IMG/VR virus record: IMGVR_UViG_3300049893_002454 | Coordinates: 1 to 64,000 of that record | Length of the DNA: 64,000 nt | DNA from: a virus | Reading direction: 5' to 3' (one strand) | Part shown: in pieces, positions 21,693 through 30,345 of the stretch | Position numbering within the stretch: the first letter of the stretch is position 1 | Layout: each line of letters opens with the position of its first letter | The notes under the pieces: generated by a model | What the model saw: only the letters and a program-made list of their open reading frames with translations | Told to the model about the DNA's origin: nothing | The model's database searches: none | Program-made: the position numbers and the translations under genes

Positions 21693-21916
21693 TGTCTCAT
21701 GCGGTAGTTTATTGGTATGGTGGGGCTTCTAGGACTTATAGGGTTTCTTGGGTTTATGGTGATTCTGGGGGCTTCTGGGGGGCTGCTAGGGCTTCTGGTG
21801 CTTATGGGGCTTCTAGGGTTTCTGGGGCTTCTATGGCTTCTGTGGATTCTGTGGCCTCTGGGGCTTCTAGGGCTTCTAGGGCTTCTAGGGCTTCTAGGGC
21901 AAGAGGTGGTAGATGA
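21689..21916 (+). CDS. Ser-rich tripeptide-repeat micropeptide 2 (75 aa)
   Basis: Same leader and tail as copy 1; ATGA overlap at both ends. Confidence 0.55.
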   Translation: MMSHAVVYWYGGASRTYRVSWVYGDSGGFWGAARASGAYGASRVSGASMASVDSVASGASRASRASRASRARGGR

Positions 21917-22146
21917 TAGCTCATGCGGTAGTTTATTTTTACTCTTTGTCTTATGGGGACTCTGTGGCTTCTATGGTTTCTGGGTCTTCTAGGACTTCTA
22001 GGGTTTCTGTAGTTTCTAGGGTTTCTAGGAATTCCGAGGCTTCTTGGGCTTCTGGGGCTTCTAGGATTTCTAGGATTTCTGTGGTTTCTAGGGTTTCTGT
22101 GGTTTCTGTGACTTCTTGGGCTTCTGTAGTAAGGGGCGGCAGATAA
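21913..22146 (+). CDS. Ser-rich tripeptide-repeat micropeptide 3 (77 aa)
   Basis: MIAHAVVYFY leader; RGGR tail; ATGA overlap with copy 2. Confidence 0.55.
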   Translation: MIAHAVVYFYSLSYGDSVASMVSGSSRTSRVSVVSRVSRNSEASWASGASRISRISVVSRVSVVSVTSWASVVRGGR

Positions 22147-22230
22147 TATCTCATGCTGTAGCTTTTTTGGTATAGTAGTATTCTTCGGTTTCTTGGGCTA
22201 TATAGGCATTATACTTAGCAGTGGTGACAG
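22143..22230 (+). pseudogene. Degenerate fourth micropeptide copy
   Basis: ATAATATCTCATGCTGTAGCTTTTTTGGTAT resembles the leader, with ATG changed to ATA and an extra T leading to an early stop. Confidence 0.45.
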
Positions 22231-23343
22231 ATGATGTGCAATCATGTGGTTGTAGAATGTGGTCCAGTAATAATTGGAGCTGGGGCGATAGGCCTTGCCA
22301 TCGCGGCTGAATTATCTAAAAGACATACAGATATCGTGGTCCTAGAAGCTGAAGTCGGACCCGGACATCATACAAGCAGCAGAAACAGTGAAGTAATCCA
22401 TTCAGGAATATATTATCCTCACCACAGTCTAAAATCAATGCTGTGCTTGTCAGGGAAACATTTACTATATTCCTATCTAGCAGATAGAAATATTCCGTAT
22501 ATTAAATGTGGAAAACTTATTGTTGCTCAAGACTCATCTGCCGAGATTGACTCGTTAGAGAATCTAAGGCAAAATGCTAATTTAGTCGGAGTACAATATC
22601 AGCTAGTTACACACAAAAGTGCTGGGATTAAAGATCTACCACTTAAGCCATGTGAAGCTCTTCTTGTACCCGACACCGGACATATGGACGCTCATACGCT
22701 GATGCGTTCACTGGAACAAGATATTGTTAATAATAATGGCACTGTAGCATATAACTCAATGGTTACAGAGATTGAGCAGTCCGGTAGTGGTTGGTTAATT
22801 TCAGTTAGTAGCAGCACTCCCTTTAAGATAAGGACTGAGTGCATTATAAATTCAGCCGGACTATTTGCCGATAAAATTGCTGGCATGGTTGGCATAGATA
22901 AGTATAAAATATATTTTTATAAAGGCGAATATTATCGCACCAATAAGATGCGGGCATTAAAACATCTAGTCTATGCCGTTCCTCCAGCAGATCAAATGTC
23001 GCTCGGAATACATACAAGACACTATATGGATAACTCTATAGGATTTGGCCCAAATGCCTATCCGGTAGACAATATAGATTATAATATTGACGAGTCACAT
23101 AAGCATGAGTTTATTAATGACATAAATAAATATTTTACTGTCGACATCAGCTCGTCAGAGATATATCCTGACTATGCTGGCATTAGACCAAAGATCAATG
23201 GAGGAGGCATCAAGTCCGACTTTATTATTGAAAAAGAACAGTGTGACGGAGATAGAACAATGATTTCTTTAATTGGCATAGAAAGTCCTGGATTAACGTG
23301 CTCGATGTCTATAGCGCAATACGTAGCAGATATGTTAGCATAA
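22231..23343 (+). CDS. FAD-dependent oxidoreductase, L-2-hydroxyglutarate oxidase (LhgO)-like
   Basis: IIGAGAIG, TSSRNSEVIHSGIYY, KGEYY, AGIRPK, GIESPGLT. Confidence 0.88.
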   Translation: MMCNHVVVECGPVIIGAGAIGLAIAAELSKRHTDIVVLEAEVGPGHHTSSRNSEVIHSGIYYPHHSLKSMLCLSGKHLLYSYLADRNIPYIKCGKLIVAQDSSAEIDSLENLRQNANLVGVQYQLVTHKSAGIKDLPLKPCEALLVPDTGHMDAHTLMRSLEQDIVNNNGTVAYNSMVTEIEQSGSGWLISVSSSTPFKIRTECIINSAGLFADKIAGMVGIDKYKIYFYKGEYYRTNKMRALKHLVYAVPPADQMSLGIHTRHYMDNSIGFGPNAYPVDNIDYNIDESHKHEFINDINKYFTVDISSSEIYPDYAGIRPKINGGGIKSDFIIEKEQCDGDRTMISLIGIESPGLTCSMSIAQYVADMLA

Positions 23344-23357
23344 ATATACAATATATT

Positions 23358-23540
23358 ATGAGATGCGATATTTGTGATGAAAAGCTAGATGAGCGTGACA
23401 TTATAGACAGTCAGCTACTGCACTGTTGGAAGTGCGGCTTCAAACGTCAGTTATCCGACGCAGAAATTTCCATATATATCACTCCAACATTTGGATACAC
23501 TGAGTGGGAGCCTGATATATCATATATGTATGAGATATAA
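23358..23540 (+). CDS. Small Zn-ribbon protein
   Basis: CDIC...CWKCG; fills the gap between genes. Confidence 0.5.
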   Translation: MRCDICDEKLDERDIIDSQLLHCWKCGFKRQLSDAEISIYITPTFGYTEWEPDISYMYEI

Positions 23541-23541
23541 C

Positions 23542-23895
23542 ATGACATTTCCTCTTAACATTACTAAAGTAGCTATTAATAAGTTAATCGCAGCCAAAGA
23601 GGGCGATGGTTTGAATGATAGCTTCTTTATACGCATATCAGTTAAGGGCGGCGGTTGCTCTGGTTTGCTGAATGAATTGGCCTTTGATAGTGAATTAGAT
23701 CAAGATGATGATATAGCTGAGCGGTTCTCGGCAGACGATAAAAGTATAAAGGTTGCGATAGACTCATTTTCTGCAATGTATATGAGTAACGTTACCCTAG
23801 ATTATGTCATTGAGGATATGCAAGAAGGGTTTAAGTTTTCTGGCGGGGGCGCTACGCGAAGGCACTGTGCATGCGGCTCTTCGTTCAAAGAATAG
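23542..23895 (+). CDS. A-type Fe-S carrier (IscA/ErpA/HesB family)
   Basis: VKGGGCSG, LDY, GFKF, CACGSSF. Confidence 0.9.
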   Translation: MTFPLNITKVAINKLIAAKEGDGLNDSFFIRISVKGGGCSGLLNELAFDSELDQDDDIAERFSADDKSIKVAIDSFSAMYMSNVTLDYVIEDMQEGFKFSGGGATRRHCACGSSFKE

Positions 23896-23932
23896 CTTGC
23901 GCCATATCTAGACAAGTAACTTCAAATAGAAG

Positions 23933-24271
23933 ATGAGGCATAATATGTCATTTACGTTAACAGAAAGCGCAATAGCTAAGATAAATTCTCTTTTAAATGA
24001 GCGTAATGATGTTCCAAATAATGTGCGCATAGGTCTGCGAAGCGGCGGATGTAAGGGAATTGAGCAGATTATAGAGATCGGGGTGCCGGAAGTGAAAGAG
24101 GATCATTTATATGACTGCAATGACTTCCGTGTGTACGTCGATAAGAAGAGTCAAATATTACTAACTGGAGTAAAGATAGAATGGAGAGCAACGCTATCAG
24201 AAAGTAGATTTGTTTTCCATTTTCCAGACAATAAAACTTCGTGTTCCTGCGGCAAGAGCTTTTCATTATGA
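23933..24271 (+). CDS. A-type Fe-S carrier (IscA/HesB family), second copy
   Basis: LTESA, SGGCKG, VDKKS, CSCGKSF. Confidence 0.9.
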   Translation: MRHNMSFTLTESAIAKINSLLNERNDVPNNVRIGLRSGGCKGIEQIIEIGVPEVKEDHLYDCNDFRVYVDKKSQILLTGVKIEWRATLSESRFVFHFPDNKTSCSCGKSFSL

Positions 24272-24783
24272 TATTGGCCGATGATGAGTTGCCACTAATA
24301 CCATCAGAGTTAGTGTCGCACGATGAGGTTGAAGATCTGATCAATAAGCTAGAAAGCGAACTATTATCTAGCTCGGTACCGGGAATAGGACTAGCGGCAT
24401 GTCAAATAGGAATATTTAAGCAAGCGTTTATCATACGCATTTCAGAGTTACATAGCTATAACTTTATAAATCCAAAAATCATATCGCTATCAGATCCCGT
24501 GATCTACAAATCAGAAGGTTGCCTATCATATCCAGGAGTAACTATACGCTCTTTGAGATATTATAATGTTACTATAAGTGATGATTTAAATCCAACTAAT
24601 GTCTCATTAAGTGGGTTGCCAGCTATTGCGGCTCAGCACGAGTATCAGCACATTTTAGGTCACAACATGTTTAAAAATTCGCTGACTAATATCACAGACT
24701 CGCAAGTATGCTTATGCGAGTCGGGATTGACGTTTGCGAAATGTTGCAAAATAAAGATACGTAAAAACATACGTATAATATGA
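24268..24783 (+). CDS. def: Peptide deformylase with C-terminal SEC-C-like motif
   Basis: GIGLAACQIG, EGCLS, QHEYQH; tail CLCESGLTFAKCC. Confidence 0.88.
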   Translation: MILADDELPLIPSELVSHDEVEDLINKLESELLSSSVPGIGLAACQIGIFKQAFIIRISELHSYNFINPKIISLSDPVIYKSEGCLSYPGVTIRSLRYYNVTISDDLNPTNVSLSGLPAIAAQHEYQHILGHNMFKNSLTNITDSQVCLCESGLTFAKCCKIKIRKNIRII

Positions 24784-24816
24784 CAATCATACAAACCTTT
24801 AAAGCTAGAGTAAGAA

Positions 24817-25248
24817 ATGAAAGTAATGGTTCTAAATAAACTATTGTCATCTGAGCGTGTTTTTGGCATACGGTTTCCATATCCACCAATATCACTGCCG
24901 ACGAACGTTTCCAATGTCATATGTCATCCAGAATTAGCCACTAGATTACACTATACTACTATAGTGCTATTGTCTGATAGGGACAATGAGCCTGCTATAT
25001 TTGAATTTTCTCAAGAAATCTTCGACGGCCTAGCAGCATACGGACAGAGACATCATGGGTTGCAGTCAATAGAAGTTCTTATATCAAGAGATGATATTAG
25101 CAATAAACTACGTATAAAGGTCGGGGCCTCCTCTACAGCTACAGAGGTAGAGGAGATGCAGTTATCGGCAAGCAAATATCAATACATATATGATGGATTG
25201 TACAATAAGTATTTGTCTAAAATCGGCAAAAAGCTTTACGATATATAA
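24817..25248 (+). CDS. Hypothetical protein, weakly similar to the SSB at 53298
   Basis: DRDNEPAIFEFSQEIF resembles NRERGRVQLVEFGKQVY. Confidence 0.5.
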   Translation: MKVMVLNKLLSSERVFGIRFPYPPISLPTNVSNVICHPELATRLHYTTIVLLSDRDNEPAIFEFSQEIFDGLAAYGQRHHGLQSIEVLISRDDISNKLRIKVGASSTATEVEEMQLSASKYQYIYDGLYNKYLSKIGKKLYDI

Positions 25249-25261
25249 TTAGGAGAGTAAT

Positions 25262-26893
25262 ATGAGTTCAAAGATGATTGAGTTTGGTGAAACTTCGAGA
25301 GATTTAATTGCTAGTGGGGTGCGCACTTTAGCTAGGGCAGTGGCATGTACACTAGGTCCGCGAGGTAGGAATGTAGTTTTGCAAAGACCGGGGATGCCTC
25401 CACATGTTACCAAAGATGGAGTGAGCGTTGCACGAGAGATTTCCTTAAAAGATCCATTTGCTAATATGGGTGCACAAATGGTAAAAGAGGTGGCATCTCG
25501 TACGGCAGATCTTGCTGGAGATGGCACTACCACTGCAACAGTACTGGCAGATGCTATTGTTACAGAAGGACTTCGTCTAATTGTTGCCGGACATGATCCA
25601 ATGCCAATTAAGCGCGGGATTGATAAGGCTACAGATGCAATCGTGGAAGAGTTAAAGAAGCTCAGTAAGCCAGTAGATGATCTTAAAGAGATTGAGCAAG
25701 TTGCTACTATTTCAGCAAATGGAGATGCATCTATCGGCAAGATGATTGCTTCAGCTATGGATGTAGTTGGTAAAGATGGTGTCATTACGCTAGAAGAAGG
25801 AAAGGGATTCGAATCCACAGTTCGCTCAGCCGAAGGGTTTGAGTTCGATCGTGGCTTTTTATCAGCCCACTTCTGTAATGATAAGGAGAGGCAGCGCGTA
25901 GTTTTCGAAAAGCCGGTGCTATGGTTGATCAATAGCAAGCTAACCAGTTCAGTAGATATGGAAGAGATGCTTCCATTATTCCAACACTGTAGTCGCAATA
26001 AGCAACCACTAGTTATTATAGCGGACTCTGTAGAGGGAGAGGTGCTCGGTACCATGGTAGTGAACTCATTACGCAATTCTCTTGTATGTGCTGCAGTAAG
26101 AGCTCCTGGTTTCGGAGATGCTAAGAAGGAGATGATGGAAGATCTGGCGATTCTTACTGGCGCTCAAATTAAAGAAATTGGTCTAGAATCGAGACTGATG
26201 GATACACAGTTTACGGATCTTGGAACAGCAGAGCGAATTATTATTACTAGAGAAAAGACAGTTATTGTCGGTAAAAGTGGTACTGAGGACGCCATACAGC
26301 AGCGCGCTTCGCAAATTCGTCAAGAACTTGCACGGACAACTGACTTCCATGCTCGAGATGTGCTAAATAAGCGCCTGGCGAAGCTTATTGGCGGAATCGC
26401 GGTGATCGAGGTTGGTGCAGCAACAGACATCGAGATGAAGGAGCGCAAGGACCGCTTTGAGGATGCTCTTGCTGCCACAAGAGCCGCTATTCAAGAAGGG
26501 ATAGTTCCCGGTGGAGGGGTGGCTCTCGTACGCGCTTCCACTACCTTAGGTGCGTTTTCAACAGGAAATGCGGAAGAGGATATTGGAGTAAAGATCGTAC
26601 TGAAGGCATGCGCTGCCCCACTTATGCAGATAGTCTCAAATGCTGGAAAATCACCGGAGGTTGTGCTGGATAGAGTCAAGTCTGAATCATCTAGCGCATA
26701 TGGTTATGATGCCGCTACTCATGAATATCGCGATATGTTACAAGCAGGTATTATAGACCCGGCACAGGTTACTAGAGTCGCTATACAAAATGCTGCTAGT
26801 ATTAGCTCATTGATTTTAACCACCGAAGCCGTGGTAGCGTTTGAAGAAAGTGATAACAATAAATCTACATCACTCAATTCAATGATGCAATGA
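25262..26893 (+). CDS. groEL: Chaperonin GroEL
   Basis: TLGPRGRNV, TKDGV, GDGTTTATVLA, APGFGD, GIVPGGG; AGGAG SD. Confidence 0.97.
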   Translation: MSSKMIEFGETSRDLIASGVRTLARAVACTLGPRGRNVVLQRPGMPPHVTKDGVSVAREISLKDPFANMGAQMVKEVASRTADLAGDGTTTATVLADAIVTEGLRLIVAGHDPMPIKRGIDKATDAIVEELKKLSKPVDDLKEIEQVATISANGDASIGKMIASAMDVVGKDGVITLEEGKGFESTVRSAEGFEFDRGFLSAHFCNDKERQRVVFEKPVLWLINSKLTSSVDMEEMLPLFQHCSRNKQPLVIIADSVEGEVLGTMVVNSLRNSLVCAAVRAPGFGDAKKEMMEDLAILTGAQIKEIGLESRLMDTQFTDLGTAERIIITREKTVIVGKSGTEDAIQQRASQIRQELARTTDFHARDVLNKRLAKLIGGIAVIEVGAATDIEMKERKDRFEDALAATRAAIQEGIVPGGGVALVRASTTLGAFSTGNAEEDIGVKIVLKACAAPLMQIVSNAGKSPEVVLDRVKSESSSAYGYDAATHEYRDMLQAGIIDPAQVTRVAIQNAASISSLILTTEAVVAFEESDNNKSTSLNSMMQ

Positions 26894-27993
26894 TCTATCT
26901 TGATCATAATTCGGCCACCTATATCCTGCCTCATATATATAATGAATTGTCAGATAGTAAATTTATCGGTAATTCAAGTTCGTTACATGAGGCAGGGGCT
27001 TTATCTAAGAGCATAATAGACGATAGTAGCAAATCGATTGCTTCATTGATCGGCGTAAGCCACCATAATATACTATATACTAGTGGTGCCACTGAATCTA
27101 ATGCTATTGCACTGGAGTCATATAGGAAGGCAGGGTGCAGGATATTAGCTTCAGCGCTAGAGCATAAATCAGTCTCAGCATACGCACATGGTACTATACA
27201 AGTTACTGGCGATGGACACATAGACTTAGATCATGCTGAGTATATGATAGCTAAGCACAAAGAACATAGTGTAATACTAGCCTGTATGTATGCTAATAAT
27301 GAAACCGGTGTGATTTTAGATCATGACAGCAATCTCTTACATTTATGCATTAAACATGGAGCAAGGCTACATATCGATGCTTCACAATGCTACCCAAAAG
27401 GAGGACAGATCTCTAAGGAGCAAAGTGCTTATGCAAGTACCATTGTTCTATCTGGACATAAAATGCATGCTATGAAGGGAGTTGGATTGCTGGCCTTCAG
27501 TAACGACGCATTTGACTTACTAGAGCCTATTATGCTGGGGGGCGCCCATCAATGGGGATTGCGTCCAGGTACCATGAATACTGAAGCAATATATAGTCTT
27601 GGAGCTGCTGCCAGGTATGCACAATCAGATTTAAAACATACATATGATCAAATGCACGAGAAAATTAGCTATATAGAGGATAATTTATCAGATATATCTA
27701 CAGTCAATGGTGATATCAAGAATAGGTTATATAATACAACTAACCTATTTTTTCCAAAAGTGTGCGATTTGCAGATTTTTCTAGATAATTTATCTAAATC
27801 AAAGGTAATGATCTCTGGAATGAGTGCATGCGACTCAGGGCTATTAATCGGAAGTCCGTCATTATCGGCCATGTTTGGTTCAGGGTCAGAGCGTCTTAGT
27901 GGATCAATTAGAATTTCAGTAAGTGCAATGACAACATGGCAAGAGATTGAAGAAGCGACAGATATTATCAGAAAGATCGTCACAGAAATTTAA
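26890..27993 (+). CDS. iscS: Cysteine desulfurase (IscS/NifS family)
   Basis: IYLDHNSAT, SGATES, NNETG, SGHK (PLP Lys), MSAC (catalytic Cys). Confidence 0.9.
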   Translation: MIYLDHNSATYILPHIYNELSDSKFIGNSSSLHEAGALSKSIIDDSSKSIASLIGVSHHNILYTSGATESNAIALESYRKAGCRILASALEHKSVSAYAHGTIQVTGDGHIDLDHAEYMIAKHKEHSVILACMYANNETGVILDHDSNLLHLCIKHGARLHIDASQCYPKGGQISKEQSAYASTIVLSGHKMHAMKGVGLLAFSNDAFDLLEPIMLGGAHQWGLRPGTMNTEAIYSLGAAARYAQSDLKHTYDQMHEKISYIEDNLSDISTVNGDIKNRLYNTTNLFFPKVCDLQIFLDNLSKSKVMISGMSACDSGLLIGSPSLSAMFGSGSERLSGSIRISVSAMTTWQEIEEATDIIRKIVTEI

Positions 27994-28046
27994 AAATACC
28001 GCGTCTACCTACACGAGGCACGCGACTACAATAAGCGAGGGTACAA

Positions 28047-28397
28047 ATGGCAAAGAAGATTAAAAGAGTAGATGATAGTATACAAGAAGAGGTTGCAAGT
28101 CAAGAAGAGGCTAAGGCAGGTAAGGTCGAGCACAGAGAGATGCGGGAGATTAAGTTCGATCCAACTAAGCATTTCATTTCCCCTAAAGACTCTGACACTG
28201 CTGATATAATTGATCCATTACTTAGTATGTTAAAGGATGAGGCAGCGTCATTTCTCACTAAGCTTGTCAGTGATAAGAAAATTTCGGAATTCAGAATTGC
28301 CCCTATTGGCGCATCCACCACTGATGATTTTAAACCAGGAAGAGTATCAGCACTAGTTGATGCTACCGGCAAGATCGTATCAGCCAGCTTTGGTTGA
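28047..28397 (+). CDS. Hypothetical protein with I78/potato-inhibitor-like C-terminus
   Basis: TDDFKPGRVSALVDATGKIVSASFG resembles the TxDyxxxRxxxxxDxxGxI..G pattern. Confidence 0.45.
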   Translation: MAKKIKRVDDSIQEEVASQEEAKAGKVEHREMREIKFDPTKHFISPKDSDTADIIDPLLSMLKDEAASFLTKLVSDKKISEFRIAPIGASTTDDFKPGRVSALVDATGKIVSASFG

Positions 28398-28408
28398 ACA
28401 ACTGATAT

Positions 28409-29449
28409 ATGCATCGTATATTACCACATACAGCCCTGACATTTAATGATGTGCATCTAGTACCTCAGCTATCATCTATAGAGTCAAGAAGAACTGGCGT
28501 AGATATCTCTGTGAGACTAAGAAGGACAAATATAAAACTACCAACACCCTTTATCGCGTCTCCAATGGATAAGGTTTCCGGTTTAGAACTATGCACAGCG
28601 ATGCATACTCTGAATGGCGGTATGGGTATACTCCATAGATTTAATACCATAGAAGATCAGGTGGCTATACTTAAAAGCGCTTTGATATCTGCTCCAGAAG
28701 CTATTATAGGAGCAGCAGTTGGTGTTAACGGAGATTATGTTGAACGTGCTCAAGCGGTATTAGAAGCAGGAGCATCACTTATATGTATAGATGTAGCACA
28801 TGGGCATCATACTCTAATGCGAAGAGCTCTATTGCATCTGCGAGAGCGACATCCAGACACTCATATTATGGCAGGTAATGTAGCCACACTTGCTGGCTTC
28901 AATGATTTGAGCGATTGGGGCGCTGATAGCGTAAGAGTGGGTATAGGCAGCGGGTCTATTTGCTCAACTAGAATGAATACCGGATATGGTTATCCGATGT
29001 TACAAAGCATACTAGATATCTCTGCAACAACACGTCCTGCTCAAATTATTTCCGATGGAGGAATTAGAGAATATGGAGATATTGTGAAGGCAATAGCTGC
29101 CGGAGCAGACTTTGTTATGATGGGTTCTATGTTTGCAGGCACTAAAGAAGCTCCAGGAGACTTAATCGAGACGGATCGTGGACCGATGAAGTTATATAGA
29201 GGACAGGCCTCCAAGGAGGCTCAGATAGACTGGCGAGGATTCTATTCTTCAAATGAAGGTATATCGACAATGGTGCCCTATAAAGGTGATCTTGAAAATG
29301 TATTGGCTGATATGAAAAATGGACTGACTACCGGATGTTCGTATAATGGTGCTGCAAATTTAGCTGAATTAAGAGAAAAGGCGGTATTTGTTAAAGTATC
29401 CAATTCATCGGCTGTAGAAGCTGGTACGCACATACTGCAAAGGAACTAG
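28409..29449 (+). CDS. IMP dehydrogenase/GMP reductase family enzyme without CBS domains
   Basis: [42 protein letters not shown]. Confidence 0.92.
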   Translation: MHRILPHTALTFNDVHLVPQLSSIESRRTGVDISVRLRRTNIKLPTPFIASPMDKVSGLELCTAMHTLNGGMGILHRFNTIEDQVAILKSALISAPEAIIGAAVGVNGDYVERAQAVLEAGASLICIDVAHGHHTLMRRALLHLRERHPDTHIMAGNVATLAGFNDLSDWGADSVRVGIGSGSICSTRMNTGYGYPMLQSILDISATTRPAQIISDGGIREYGDIVKAIAAGADFVMMGSMFAGTKEAPGDLIETDRGPMKLYRGQASKEAQIDWRGFYSSNEGISTMVPYKGDLENVLADMKNGLTTGCSYNGAANLAELREKAVFVKVSNSSAVEAGTHILQRN

Positions 29450-29456
29450 GCTATAA

Positions 29457-29771
29457 ATGAAGGGAGATAATACAAGGGACCGCAAGCCTAACTTGCCATC
29501 CAAAAAAAGCATAGAAGATGCGTTGAGTGTGCTAGATGAGTTTCGCGCCGTATGTCGACACCAACTCGATCATGGTTACTGGGCTACAGTGGATTTTCCA
29601 TCAAAGCATCATATAAATAGGCTGCTTCAACTGCAATATATGAATAAAGATGATCTCGCATCAACATATGGGCCAGGGCTAACAAAGCGTATTAATGGTA
29701 CGATATCTATATGCAAGGCATATGTGGCCTTTTTAAGGGAAGAATATGATAAGATGGAGAACAATAAGTAA
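29457..29771 (+). CDS. Hypothetical protein
   Basis: ORF in co-oriented gene run. Confidence 0.6.
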   Translation: MKGDNTRDRKPNLPSKKSIEDALSVLDEFRAVCRHQLDHGYWATVDFPSKHHINRLLQLQYMNKDDLASTYGPGLTKRINGTISICKAYVAFLREEYDKMENNK

Positions 29772-30345
29772 GGAAGTAGTACTAGACACTTCTCATATAA
29801 AGATCGTGAAAGCAGAAGTAGAATTGCCTAATGGTCGAGTTTCTGAATATTATCATGCAGATAGTCCAGGAACAGTAATCGTGGTTCCAATCAAGTTAGG
29901 AGATGCTGCAGATAACCATACCTATATTATGGTCAGACAATATAGGTATCCAGTTGGGACATATGACTTGGAATTTCCGGCGGGGCGCCGTGAGCCAGGA
30001 GAGTCAATGTTAGATGCCGCTCGCAGGGAGCTCAAGCAAGAAACTGGGTACTTAGCAAGTGAGTTAAAACTAATTTATAATATGTGCTCAAATTCTGGAG
30101 GTAGCAATGGGATTACTGCCATTTATTTGGCTATAATAGACGATACTAGTGATCCTATACAGGAATTAGATCCAGAAGAAGAACTTTGCGGACTTAAAGT
30201 TGAGGAAATAACAGCAAAAAACCTGCATAAAAAGATACTATCTATGGACATTACGGATAGTCATACGCTAGCCGCTATAGCTGCATTTGTAATGAATGCT
30301 AAATCAGCCACCCAATATCTAGGTGGTTCATCGGAGATAGAATGA
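29746..30345 (+). CDS. NUDIX hydrolase (ADP-ribose pyrophosphatase-like)
   Basis: RQYRYP, EFPAG.....E....AARRELKQETG. Confidence 0.88.
   Translation: MIRWRTISKEVVLDTSHIKIVKAEVELPNGRVSEYYHADSPGTVIVVPIKLGDAADNHTYIMVRQYRYPVGTYDLEFPAGRREPGESMLDAARRELKQETGYLASELKLIYNMCSNSGGSNGITAIYLAIIDDTSDPIQELDPEEELCGLKVEEITAKNLHKKILSMDITDSHTLAAIAAFVMNAKSATQYLGGSSEIE

Larger units (their letters stand above)
21481..22175 (+). repeat. Nested repeat: 194-230-bp units with a conserved junction block, each filled with 9-bp (GCTTCTAGG-like) repeats
   Basis: 37-bp identical block at 21495..21531 and 21689..21725, variants at 21913 and 22143; 9-mer periodicity between them. Confidence 0.95.

Noticed and set aside
21495-22146. 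CRISPR array (37-bp repeated block)
   Set aside because: The intervening segments are 160-190 bp, low-complexity and similar to each other; there is no cas operon, and the Cas4-like nuclease is a solo gene.
21951-22154. Minus-strand Glu-rich repeat ORF
   Set aside because: The equivalent frame has stops in units 1 and 2, and it runs against an otherwise all-plus region.
25249-26076. 275-aa minus-strand ORF
   Set aside because: Antisense shadow of groEL with no motifs of its own.
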